The notes below the pieces were generated by a model. It saw nothing but the letters and a program-made list of their open reading frames with translations. It did not search any database and was not told the origin of the DNA. A stretch of 64,000 bases of DNA from Epithemia pelagica. Its lineage: Eukaryota > Protista > Bacillariophyta. The stretch lies in NCBI GenBank assembly GCA_946965045.2, contig OX337238.1, positions 806,001 through 870,000 of the forward strand. The letters run 5' to 3'. Made by a program: the position numbers and the translations under genes. Positions 43,249 to 54,799 of the stretch are shown piece by piece. Position 1 is the first letter of the stretch. Every line of letters begins with the position of its first letter.

Positions 43249-44141
43249 ATGGGATTCTCCTTGTAAGTAGCAGCATCAGTCACTTTGGGCCAGTTGTGTC
43301 CACTGCGCGTATGACCTGTGGCATCTATTGGTATTAGATGGACTACAAAGAGAACAAGTTGTGGATGGCTCGCAACGGATCGGAGAGGAGAGACGAGCAC
43401 CAATGACAACGACGACGACAACAACAACGACCGTCACTCCTACCTTACAGGATGATGATTTGTAACCGACCGTCCGAATCTTGGAGGTTCCTAAGGCCTG
43501 CGAATATACATGCAAGGAGAAGGGGCCCGACAACTACAGAGCGACAACCACCAACCAAACTCTGTCAGTGCTGCTGTGGACAACCCAGTCTCGAGTCGTG
43601 ACTGTGGTTCTGGTCAATGGACACACTCTGAAGTTTGTTTTGAAAGAGGATGCATTGGCTGGTTCCTTGTGTGACTGGAACTGCTCCATGAGTTGTGTCT
43701 CTGGTCTTGTGTGTCTCTTTGCAATCTCACATTCTTCATGTTGTTGTTGTATGGTACCTGCCCACGTTTGTCTCGTTATACTCCTTCTCTCTCTCTCTGG
43801 TCGTCTGGATCCTTTTCGTTTCTAGATTGTGGACGGCCGAAAATCGTCCCGTGGGTCAAAAATTGGCCGTGGCCACGGCATTCATGGTCACCTTGCCCGT
43901 GGCCACCTTTTATGCCACACATGCATACATGGTCCAAGTCTTGGACTACAAGTCGTTTGACGCTGACAATTGGGCCGGAGCCGCCGCCATTGTCATGACC
44001 AATCTCATTGTTGGAGGCTACTGTTACATGGCCTTTTGGGAAGATTTGGAAGAGCAACAACAACAAGCAGCAGCAGCAACACGTCACGACAATGATGCCA
44101 GTGTACCACGGGTGGGAATTTACAAACAACGAACCGATTAA
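43249..44141 (+). CDS. VMA21: VMA21-like V-ATPase assembly factor, 2 exons
   Basis: Join 43249..43262 + 43826..44141 (GTAAGT...TTCTAG, 563 bp intron) gives MGFSLLWTAENRPVGQKLAVATAFMVTLPVATFY...WAGAAAIVMTNLIVGGYCYMAFWED...KQRTD, with two TMs. Confidence 0.72.
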
Positions 44142-44390
44142 GAATCACACACAGGTAGCCAGACGCTATGCTTCAACACAACACGGTTCGAATCGAACCA
44201 CCAAACGTTCTCGTGTGGTGACCATGACGCGCATGTGTGTGTACACTCCAGTTGATCCGTCCAACCGCAATCCACACACACAAGACCACAATGGTTGCCA
44301 ATACGACACGAACCACCACACTGTCCCACGGAAAAGGGTGCCACCAACCGTGCCAATTTCGTTTCACAAGTAATTGATTAGAGATTGTAT

Positions 44391-44960
44391 CTATAGAAAC
44401 ACGCGACAGACAATTGGATAGTCCATCCCACTCGACAGCTGTAACGTTTTGCATGGTTCTCCGTTGTTCGTCAGGAGCTTCTCGACTCCGAAAACAAAAG
44501 TCCATTCTTCATTGTCACCCATAGAACTCATCCTCCAACAAGAGTCTTTCAAGTGCTTCCCATCAAGGCAGTAAAGTGTCAGTTCCTGAAATACTGTGGA
44601 GGAGGCCAAAAATAGACGTTACGCCATTGGAGGTCGGAGCGGTTTCCTTTCGACTCGTGGGCGGGCCGCAGTCCATGTCGAGCACCTCCATCCAAGTTCC
44701 CTCGCCCCAGAGTTCCACGAAATAGCTTCATAAAGAGGTTTGCCATGGCGCAGCCCCCGACAGGCAACTGCGAAATCATCTGGAGCATATGGCTCGAAAG
44801 GTCACAACCCTTGGCGGTCATGATGTACTGCAGGGGTATAGAGTGGTCCTGGAATCGATCTTCCACAAGACGACGGGAAATTCCTTTTCTTCGTCAACAA
44901 GAAAGTACAGAGCTCTGCTATACAGGTTGCTGACTTTGGCGTGTGGTCCTTGGTCCTCCA
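44391..44960 (-). pseudogene. Fragmented reading frame, possible pseudogene of an unknown protein
   Basis: Three overlapping protein-like segments in shifting frames: MEDQGPHAK...FPVVLWKIDS, QYIMTAKGCD...YFWPPPQYF and VFQELTLYCLDG.... Confidence 0.3.
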
Positions 44961-45495
44961 TGGGCTGTCTCTGCACACAAAACCATTTTGTGAGAAAACT
45001 TGTCCCGACGAGCGGACAAGACCCAAATCAAACATTAAGTAGAACTGAGATTTACTATAGCCCCGTAATGAGCGCGTGCCTCATAGAACACATTTGTTCC
45101 GGCCGTTAAATTGTAAGGAACAATTCAATAAGCCCTTGCAGCGAGAACCCAAGGCGGAGGTCCTGAACACTTTTCGGCATTGACCACGACTCCATCCCTT
45201 CCATTTTTTCTCTCAAACGCAATCCTTCACAGAAACTTGTTGCTGGTGTCTCCATCCACCACAACACGAACAGGGACAAGAGACTGAAAAAATGGTCATA
45301 TGAAACCTCGGATTGACGTCGACGTCGTGTCGGGGAGGAGGAACCGCAGACGACCGAGTGAAACCAGAGATTTCCAGTCCAGAATCAACCACTACCCTCT
45401 CTCTCACACAAATCGTCCTCTGTGCATCGTCGTCCACACCCCGACCCACATATCCGATCGACTCACTTCGCCCTTTCGAATATCCCATCAAGACC

Positions 45496-48400
45496 ATGAA
45501 AAGAGGTTTATCAAGCAAGAACTGCTGTCTCGGAATCAAACAGAGTCATGTCCTTGTTCTCTTCGTCTTCTTCTTTGTTGCATGGTTGGATTCCGTTCAG
45601 GCCAATGACGAAGAACCCGGAATTTTGACCTTTAGTTCGACCTTTTGCGAAACAGAGGTGGGTCTGTATGAAACGCAAGACTTTGATGCCTTTTTGCAAC
45701 TCCAATTCACGTCCGACATTGACTTGGATGCCCCACCCACATCAACAGCAGCAGCCGCACAAGACGACAGCACAACGGTGCGCCGTCAATTGGAACAAGC
45801 CGTGGGGTTGGCCTATTTGGAATTGATTGCCACGGGATGCGATGTGGCACACCATCGAGCCTTTCGAGGACCGCAAGACTTTCCACCCCAAATCATAAGT
45901 CCCTCGAGTAGTACTACTAGTACTAGTACTACCAAGTCGTTGACGGTCGACGAATCGTCTTCCCCCACCTTTGTCCCTTCCTCGCAGCCTTCTACAAGTC
46001 CTTCTACGACACCTACCACATCCATCGCACCGACCTCATCTCCGTCCACTTCCCAAAATCCCACGGCGACACCCACACGGTCCATGTCACCGACAACTGT
46101 ACCAACAATGTCCCGACAACCCTCCAGTCTTCCCTCCGTGCATCCTTCGCCCGGTCCATCCATTGGGGACGAAGTCATTCTTCCGCAACGAGTCAATAAC
46201 CAAGACGATGATGACAATGATGATGAACAAGAAGAAGGAGACAATGGGCCCCCACAACGACGACGCCTGGTCGAGACCACACGAACCAATTCCGTCTTGC
46301 TTCATTTGAAACTCAAACGTCGCATTCCAGTCGAATCTTCTCCAGGAACCCCACCATCCTTGGCCAATGCATTGGACGACGACAACCACAACAACAGCAC
46401 GGTCCGTCCTTCGGACGATCAAGTACTGGCCTTTTTGGAATCTTCCTTTTTCCCCTTTTGTACCTTGACCGACCTTCGCGAATCGAATGTCTTTGTGCAA
46501 GAGGGAGAATGCGCGGATGGCGAATTTTCGACCAGCAGTCCCTGTCGATGTGCCCGAGATTCCTGCTATTGTCCCCTCGTTTCCAATGATATTCAGGCCA
46601 TGACACAGACACGCTTTCAAACCGTGTTGGAACGTTATTTGCCGCTGGTTGGAGGTGGTGGATCGGATCGGGAACGACGTGACTTGACCACAGTGTCGTC
46701 GTTGGAGAGTCGGTCCTTGAACAGCATTAGTGGCATAGCCCAAGTGTCGGAAATGCAAGAGTTTGCCGAATGTCAAGTGACACGGGTACGTCCATTTGGA
46801 AACTTTATGGATTTTGACTTCACAGAGGAACGACACGCTTACACTCTCTTTTTTTAGACCGTCACGTATCGGATTGTTCACTTGATTAACCAAGATCCCT
46901 TGACGCTTTCCGCCAGTATTCAAGAGACCTTGTTGAATTCCTTGACCAACTTGGTCAATACAGCCAATCGCAACAATTGCGATCTCAACTTCAAGCAGGT
47001 GGTGAGCAGTACCTTGGAATTTCGGGATACACCGTCGTCTTCCCGTCGGCACTTGTTGGACCAAAATGGGGACACGTTGTATACCTACGAATGGATTGTG
47101 GTCGTCGAAGAAGTGGACAATGGCATGGACGGCCAAAGCTTTTATGCTGAGCAAGAACAAGAGACCAATGACAGTCCCACTCCTTCTCCTCCGACGGATG
47201 ATTCGGCGGCGGCTATTGTGATGGTAGATGGTACCCGTCGTTGTTTTTGTCCCAAATTTACCGTCTTGTTAAATCGTGGAATTACCTTTACCGAATACAC
47301 CCACCAAGTCACAGACTTGGTGGAATCCGACAATTTGGTTCCCGGTGCAACCACGTTGGATGCGGTGGTGGAATTGGAGGAACGAACCTGTGGAGGTAAC
47401 ACGGGCTTGGTCGAAAGCAGTACGACCGTTGTCTTTCAACTCGCCGTGGGGTTCAATGCCTTGTCTGAATCCGACAAGGTGGAACTGGAACGGGCCTGTG
47501 TGCGGGCCTACAATCAAGCCAATGCGATTCGAGCCTGTGACGCACAACAATACCGCATCACATCCTGTACCTTGTTGCCCCTCGTTCCACAATTGTCAGC
47601 CGTGGACGACGACAGGCCACTGTCCCTGTTGTCGTCGAATCTAGACGGCACTACCGATGCCCGATTGGATTTCAACTTTTCCTGTGTGGGTTGTGTGGCT
47701 ACCGAATCGCCCTTTGCCACGGAATCGCAAGGACGACAACGTCGTTTGGCCCACACGCATCAAGCCATGATGGCCTATGAAGAGTGGAATCAACGCCAAT
47801 TGTCCGACAACAACCACAATGACACTGCCACGTGCATTTGTCCTCGTGGTGTCGAAGAAACCACGGGGGAGAATCGTCCTACCGTGACGGAATTTGTGAT
47901 TGAATTCAATGTCACGGGTCAAGTCGGCGATGCAGACAATGCCTTGGAAGCCAAGCAAGAGGACTGTGGCACTGGAGTTATCCTGTTTGCGGGAGTCACG
48001 CTGGGCATTACGGGAAACCTGACGGCCCTGACAGAGACCGAAACGACGGCCTTGGAAGCGGTCTTTCGAGAAACTGTCAATGCCTTGAGTATCGAATTGT
48101 GCGATCCCAATTACATTTATGCCTTTGCGACCGCCTTGCAAATTGAGGACAATGGCAGTGACGAAGCCGTCATGGATTTGGGATTTCTGTGTTATGGAGA
48201 GGGTTGTACGACGGCCGACGGGGCCGCTCGGTCGGTCTTTTCCGATGCGTCGGAGGACAACTCTCGCCGCCGCCGCCAAGGCCGTCGACTAGTTGCTCCG
48301 GACACTGCATTGTCGGATGACGACACGAACCGCCGCCCAAAGCTGCACTCCTTGTCCAGAGACCGACAAGAACGGTTGTTGGCGGAATTGATCGAGGTTC

Positions 48401-48645
48401 CTCCCGGCACTTCTTGTTGGTGCGATCGTCAAAGTCAAGGCACAACCGCCATTACGCAAGGCTCGTTCAATGCACGGCTCCAACAAGAAATTGCCGAGAA
48501 TTCCCAACGCTTTCCGACCATTAGTGCTGTCCAAGCTACGGGGTTGGAATCCACATCGGCGGCGTCGACTGTCAGGACTGGCCGGGATGTGGTCCTGTTT
48601 CTCGCGTCAACGTGGTCCATCCTTTTGGTGTACGCCTTGCTATAG
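45496..48645 (+). CDS. Large secreted/GPI-type cell-surface protein with P/T/S repeats, RXL processing motifs and repeated Cys-containing modules, 2 exons
   Basis: Join 45496..46785 + 46858..48645 (72-bp intron GTACGT...TTTTTAG, same frame). It has a signal peptide ending SVQA, a PTSSPS-type mucin region, RRRL/RRHL/QRRL/GRRL motifs and a C-terminal hydrophobic tail (VVLFLASTWSILLVYALL). Confidence 0.85.
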
Positions 48646-49099
48646 ATTGTAGAATGCCATTCCAAAGAATAGAAAGTTACTGCTGCTTCTGTTGTCCATG
48701 CGCATGGTTGGTATTCCCACGCAATCAGAAGGATTGCAGTTTGGTAGTGCAACGCAGTCGGTACGGATTGTGCACTTTGGGCCGGTTGGAGAGAGAGACT
48801 GTTTTGGGGTGGTCCAAACACACACACAGGATGCTTGCGCACACAAAAACGTCCATCCACGATGCTGGAACTGTCCACACTCCACACGCAACTACCACCG
48901 AAGCAAGCACAGACGAAATGACGACACCCCTATGTAGTAGTAGTAATGAGACAGGACAATCCAAGAGAACCATCTCACGCACCCAAACCAATTGTGTAAA
49001 CTATATAGTCGTAACGTCCCAACTACTCGTAACACATGATGTTGTTGTTGTTTTTCGGTCCCTTGCTTGTGTTTAATGTTGTGTTTTTATTTAGGATTC

Positions 49100-50776
49100 T
49101 TATTCCAATTCATGACGAGCCAATCCCTTGGCGTCGTTATCGTCTCCTCCTCCTCCACTGGCTCCAATGCCATCCCAGGCGGTGAGAGAGGGTGTGGTAT
49201 AAATTTCTTCGGCCATGGACCAAATTTGCAAAATGTTATCTTCGGACGTGCTGGCCAAGGTCCAGGGCGCCTGAGGATTCCACGCCACATCCGACACTTT
49301 ACTGGTATGTCCACCATGCAAAAACAAGAGTTCGGGCGGTCCATCGGCGGCATCGTCGGCCGATTGTTCGTGTCCGACGCGGGTCAAATCCCACACGGCC
49401 ACCCGTCGATCGGCCGAACCACTGGCCAAGACAGCTTCATGAAAGGGTGCCCAGGAAATGGTAAAGACATCGTCCGTATGGACATTTTCGAGCGAATGCA
49501 ATTTGGCATCCAAGCGTCGCACGTCCCAAATACCAATGGTTTGATCGGACGAGCCCGTGGCAAAAATGTGTTGATCGAACGGATTAAAGGCCACGGAATT
49601 GATATCGGACAAGTGCGCATCTTTCACGACAAAATGAGCCTGTTGGGGATGGGCCCGATCCCACAAGCAAATGCGACGATCGCCGCCCACACTCACCAAC
49701 AAATTGGGATCCTTGTAATGCCAATCGACATCTTCGACGGTATCCTCGTGACCGCGCAATGTCATGAGCGGCGCCACAGTATTCTGGTGGTTCGTCTTGT
49801 CGGAGGATGATGACGACAGGACGCGCGACACATCCCACACTCGCACCGTCTTGTCTTCACTGGCCGTGGCCAAATGACCGGGATGAAAGACGGACCAAAC
49901 CATGCCATAGCCTTCGCGTTCGTGACCGACACAGACAGCTTGCGGACCGACGGGTGCGGCTACCGTCGAGGTCGACGAGGTCGTCATCAAACTGGGATGT
50001 TTGGAGCGATCCCAAATATAAATGTCGGGATTCGGGCCGCGACTGGCCACGACAAAGGGATTTTGGGGCATGTACCGCGCTCGATTGACTTCGCCGCCAT
50101 GGGGAATCTTGTGATGAATGGTAATCTTGCCCACGGTAGGGGTATCTGGGGCCATGCCATAACCACCCATTTCCCCCTTGTCGTGGTCGTATTCCAAGGC
50201 GGCCGTTGTCGTTGTGGTCGTGGTCGTTGGTTTCGGGGCACGACGCTGCGACGTTGTGGATTTGGCATCGGTCGTTCCATCTCCGTGTTGTTGCTGCTGT
50301 TCCTGTTGTTGTTGTTGTTGTTGTTGTTCGTGCGATGGCAAATGTTGTGGTCGTGGCAAGAGACAGGAGGCCACCATGAGATAATTTTGCTCCCCCGTCG
50401 TATGCGTCCCAATCAACAATTGATGTTCTTCCGTCAAGGATTCGTTGTTGTTGGTATTGTTGTTATTAGTGTTATTAGTGTTGTTTGTGGTACTACTCCG
50501 ACGCGTCGTGGGCAACCATTGACAGGTTAACGAGGGCCATTCCAAGGAATGCGTCATGACATAATCGTACAAGAACGGGGTATTCTTTTTCCACACCTTG
50601 TATTCTTCATCAATCAATCGTTCTTCCAAGACATCGGTCGGCGGCGGCAGGGGGTTGTGAGCCGTCGCCACTGCAGTGGTGGGAGGAGGAGACGCCACGG
50701 CACCGACAGTCGTGCTGTTGGTTGCCATGGGGGTCGTTGTAGTCGTTGTAGGAGCAGTCTTGGGATTGTCCGCCAT
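49100..50776 (-). CDS. RBBP4: Histone-binding WD40 protein RBBP4/MSI1 (CAF-1 subunit C)
   Basis: EERLIDEEYKVWKKNTPFLYDYVMTHSLEWPSLTCQWLP, HGGEVNRARYMPQNP, DAADGPPELLFLHGGHTSKVSD, EDNILQIW. The plausible ATG is at 50776. Confidence 0.95.
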   Translation of the reverse strand: MADNPKTAPTTTTTTPMATNSTTVGAVASPPPTTAVATAHNPLPPPTDVLEERLIDEEYKVWKKNTPFLYDYVMTHSLEWPSLTCQWLPTTRRSSTTNNTNNTNNNNTNNNESLTEEHQLLIGTHTTGEQNYLMVASCLLPRPQHLPSHEQQQQQQQQEQQQQHGDGTTDAKSTTSQRRAPKPTTTTTTTTAALEYDHDKGEMGGYGMAPDTPTVGKITIHHKIPHGGEVNRARYMPQNPFVVASRGPNPDIYIWDRSKHPSLMTTSSTSTVAAPVGPQAVCVGHEREGYGMVWSVFHPGHLATASEDKTVRVWDVSRVLSSSSSDKTNHQNTVAPLMTLRGHEDTVEDVDWHYKDPNLLVSVGGDRRICLWDRAHPQQAHFVVKDAHLSDINSVAFNPFDQHIFATGSSDQTIGIWDVRRLDAKLHSLENVHTDDVFTISWAPFHEAVLASGSADRRVAVWDLTRVGHEQSADDAADGPPELLFLHGGHTSKVSDVAWNPQAPWTLASTSEDNILQIWSMAEEIYTTPSLTAWDGIGASGGGGDDNDAKGLARHELE

Positions 50777-51196
50777 GGTCGAGAGGTGGGTGTGGTTTTG
50801 GATCGCACGGAAAAATGAGGTTGTCGTCATTGGCGCTAAACCCTCATCCCTAGTCTTGAAGCTATCGAATCAAAGTTATAGCTGGATGCCTAATGTTCAT
50901 AGTTCCCGACACAAAGGATATAGAGTCTACGGAAACAATGATTGTCCTGGCCGCTGGGGCCGGATGCCTACGGATGTTATCCCCATCTAGTATTATATGT
51001 TATGGAACCGACCAAGTCGTCTTGGAACTGCTCAGGAATCGTACTTGTTTGTATACAGGTACGAGATTGCTGCCAAACGTCACTATCATCGAATGGCACT
51101 CGAGCATTCCCTCGAGTTGCGGCATGTCCACGCAGTATTCGGCATCCAAACACAGCAGAGTCTTGTGTTTGGGTGGGTGGTTCCGGTCCAGTTTTG

Positions 51197-54100
51197 TTAC
51201 GATGCACCGGTACGAATTCGTTTGCGCGGTGGTGGACCGTCGGCGTCGTCGTATCCCGCCACGAGTTGTGCCGCCGTCTTGTCTCCCACTGGTGGTGGCG
51301 GCCCCTGGCGAGTACTAGGTGGTGGTGGTGGACCCTTGGTGCGGTTGCGTTCCCCGCGACTTGTTTTATTCGTTTTATTCTGCGAGGCAGTCACGGCCCA
51401 ATCCAAACACTGTTGACGAGCCTTTTTCAACCGGTCGACATGCACGAGTTCGGCCAAGAAGGAACCCATTCGTTGCGTTGGTTCCTGGCTGATACTAGAG
51501 GCTGGTTCCTCCTCCTGGTTGCTGTCCTCTGAGTGTTTGTTGGTTTTCTTGCTCTTTTTCTTCTTCTTGGTCGGACTATTCATGGCGGTTGTTGTTGCCG
51601 TTGTTTGTCTCATGCGCGTCCACAATCGTTTCCAGACGGCGGCAAACAAGTGACGACACTGGCGCAGCAATGTCACATGCTTCAGTTCGGCCACACATCC
51701 CGTATCGCCACAGGTAATGAGCGACTGTTGTCCCAACCAGGTCTTGGTATGGACCGGGTCCACACAATGATCGCCCGTCGCCGGTCCCCCGTACCGAAAC
51801 AAAAAACTCAGCAAGACGTGACCGGGATCGTCCACACCTCCCAAACTAAGGTGGCGTTGAATGTGGTGGGCCACCAACACATAGAGTTTGAAACTCCCCA
51901 ATCCGCCCTCAAAGGGAATATCCAATTTGTGTTGACCCATGAGAATCTTGAGTACCAATACCACCGGAGCAAAACTAGAAACAGAACAGGGCGGTACCCA
52001 CACAGGTGAGCTCCCTAACAGAACACACGAGAGGAACAGTACCACACTTTACACACGAAAGAGAAGCGCCGAGAACCTACCTGACATAGCGTTCCGACAA
52101 GGTTGCCGCATAGAGAGATGTGTCTGCTTGATTCAATCCACCAATGCTAATGTCCACTTCGACTCCAATCCGAGATTGAAACTTGATAATGGGGACACGA
52201 CTGCCAGTAAACCGAAAACCAGTCAGGTGCAGGACATTCACAACAAAATACTGCGTGCGGTGTGATGAAATACGTACGCTTTTCGGATCAACAGGGGATG
52301 CGACATGGCAAATTGCGATTTTCGCAATTTTCGATACAATTGCGTCAAGGCATCCACGGCATCTTGCCGCTTGATATTGAGCTGGGGAGCCGCCACGTTG
52401 TTTGTCAAATCATTCTTTTTCTTCTCCTCCTCTTCCTCTTGAAGATAAAATCCCACTTCCATGGTTCCATCCTTGCCGTTGTCGTCGTCGTCGTCCTCTT
52501 CCGGAGCACTAGTAGCCTCACTCTCGTCCTCTTCCAGCTCTCGTCTGGCTGGTGGCTTCTTGGTAGGCGTTAGTTTATCGGCCGAGTCGGCGTCACTGTC
52601 GCTCCCCTCTGCCTCCGGCTCGTTGTCTTGTTGTGCATCGTTTGTCGTGTCCCGTTGGGGGTGTTCCATGCCTTCACTCCCCACAGTGGTACGAGACAGT
52701 GGTTCATCCGTGTCATCCTCACTGACCCGTCGCGCGGATGATGGTCCATTGGTTTCTTGTGCGTCCTTGGTCGATGCCAAGACATGGTTGTCGTCCTCCT
52801 TGTTGTTGTCAATGAGTGGTTCTTTCACAGTCGGGGCCGCGACACCAACATCATCCTCTTCCGCCACTTCACACCCAACACGGTCCAAGACAAACAAGGG
52901 TGGCTCGTCGCCCGTGTTTTCATCGTCGTCGTTCTCCTCTCGATGGGTAGTTTCATTCTTGTGTGGTTCGCCGTTGTCGGCCTTGGATGCCACCGAGGGC
53001 TCGTTGGGGATTGCCGTTGGCGTTGCTTCGTTGGGAGATGGTTCCAGGGAGCAATCCTTTTCATTGGTGTCGTTCCCTGGATCCTTATTGTCCTTGTGGT
53101 TGTCGTGGTTGTTGGAGTCGTCCAAACAGGCGGGACGGACAATATCTCCGGGAGACATGGCATTTTCCAAATCGACATGGGCCAAGGCTTGACTCCATCG
53201 TTGTTCTCGTTGTCGTTTCAACTCTTGTTGCGATGGCGTACTTGTTTTGGGGGCTCGAACTGGCGGCGACGGTGGAGGAGGACCGTGAGGGACCGCACCC
53301 CACAAGGCCAAATCGACATCGGATTCAAAGGAACAGACGGCGGGAGCCGCAAAGGATCCAAAGGGTGCAAAGGCCAAGGCATGGCTGTTATTGCTGTTGT
53401 TGTGGTTTGTCTCGGCCGATGCAAAGGGTCCTCCTACGGCGTATGATTGTTGTCGTTGTTGCAGTTTTTGTTGGACGGCGACAAATTGGGGAATGCCATG
53501 AACGACTTGCGTCAAGTGTTGAATCAAGTCGTGTCGGGCCTGAATTTCCGCCGGTTGCAAGCGGACATAGTCGGCAAAGGCATGCAATTCCTCGGTCAAG
53601 TCTTGCAAGGCTTGTCGATCGACATCGTCTGTGGGAAGGCGGATGGAAGACGACGACGACGAGGACGCTGCCGACACGGACGACGACGAACGAGACACTG
53701 GCAGACTCCCCGGTCGTCGTTTCCAGGGAACCTTGTGCAGGCGTGTTTCGTCCCCCGCCAGTTTGGAAGGCAATTGCAAGGGGACGGCCGTCGTTGTTGA
53801 ACTGGTGTCCGCGGCACGCGGGCGTTTTCGAGAGGGTCCGATGTTCGAGAGTGTTTGTTTCACCTGTTGCTGCTGCTGTTGTTGTGGTCTCGAACGCTTG
53901 TCGTCGTTTCGATGCCACGGTATGCTTTTGAATAGGTTGGGGTTGCCTGTCCAGGCCCTAGACGCTACCGGTTTCTCCCTCTTCTTTTGTTTCTTGTTCT
54001 TTTTGCTTTTTGGTTTGGTTGGTTCCAATGGCAGGACCACCACAACATTTTGCGATGGCAAGGGCAAGGATCCATTGCTTTTGTTGTTGGCAGTTGTTTG

Positions 54101-54214
54101 GAGTTTTTGTTTCTTTTTCTTCTTGTTCTTTGTTTTCCAAGACGTCTTGGCTGGTGGTTTCGTAGAAGTTGTCGCCTCCTCGTTTCGTTTGGCGGCGGAT
54201 CGCGTCAGCACCAT
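51197..54214 (-). CDS. Non-canonical poly(A) polymerase Trf4/5 (TENT4/PAPD5-like), 3 exons
   Basis: Complement join 54214..52278, 52200..52081, 51974..51197. Motifs are LTEELHAFADYV, FGSF...SDVDL, KA|RVPIIK...VDISIG, LVLKILM and GGLGSFKLYVLV. Confidence 0.88.
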
Positions 54215-54799
54215 GGTAGTGTTGTTTCACAGGTAATGAATCTCGGTCCAATGATTGGTGGGCAATGCAAGGCGATGCTTGTCGCTGGCACTGGAGAACG
54301 AAACAGCAATCGTTACACAGCAGCAAGAAGCTTTTGGTTTTCGGTCAAACAGAACGAGTCCTTGACGAGAGATTCGACGTTGCAACGGCTGTAGGTGGAA
54401 TTTCAACACCCAACCTTGCGTACTGCCGTCAAACGTATGAAAGCCACACACGCCAATGGAGAACTCCAGTCTACCACCGATGAGGATGACGATGGAGGCC
54501 AAAGAAGAAAATCAACAAGCAACCCACCAAAGCGACAAGAAGAATCTCCACAAAGAGTCCAACGTTTTGTTGTGACAATGCAAACAACCCAAAACACGTG
54601 CGAAACGGAGTTTGTGGTCACGGGAGAAACGGCGAACTTCTGATTCGCCACTTCCGGTCGCACATGTTACGAATATCGGGTGGAGGGCAGACGGGGAATC
54701 TTCCGATGTCGATCGACGGAGAGACAGGTCGCAGAAAACATTCATGACGACAAACGTGAGATCTTTTGTGATTTTTTGAGAGTGTTGGATGTCCTTCCG

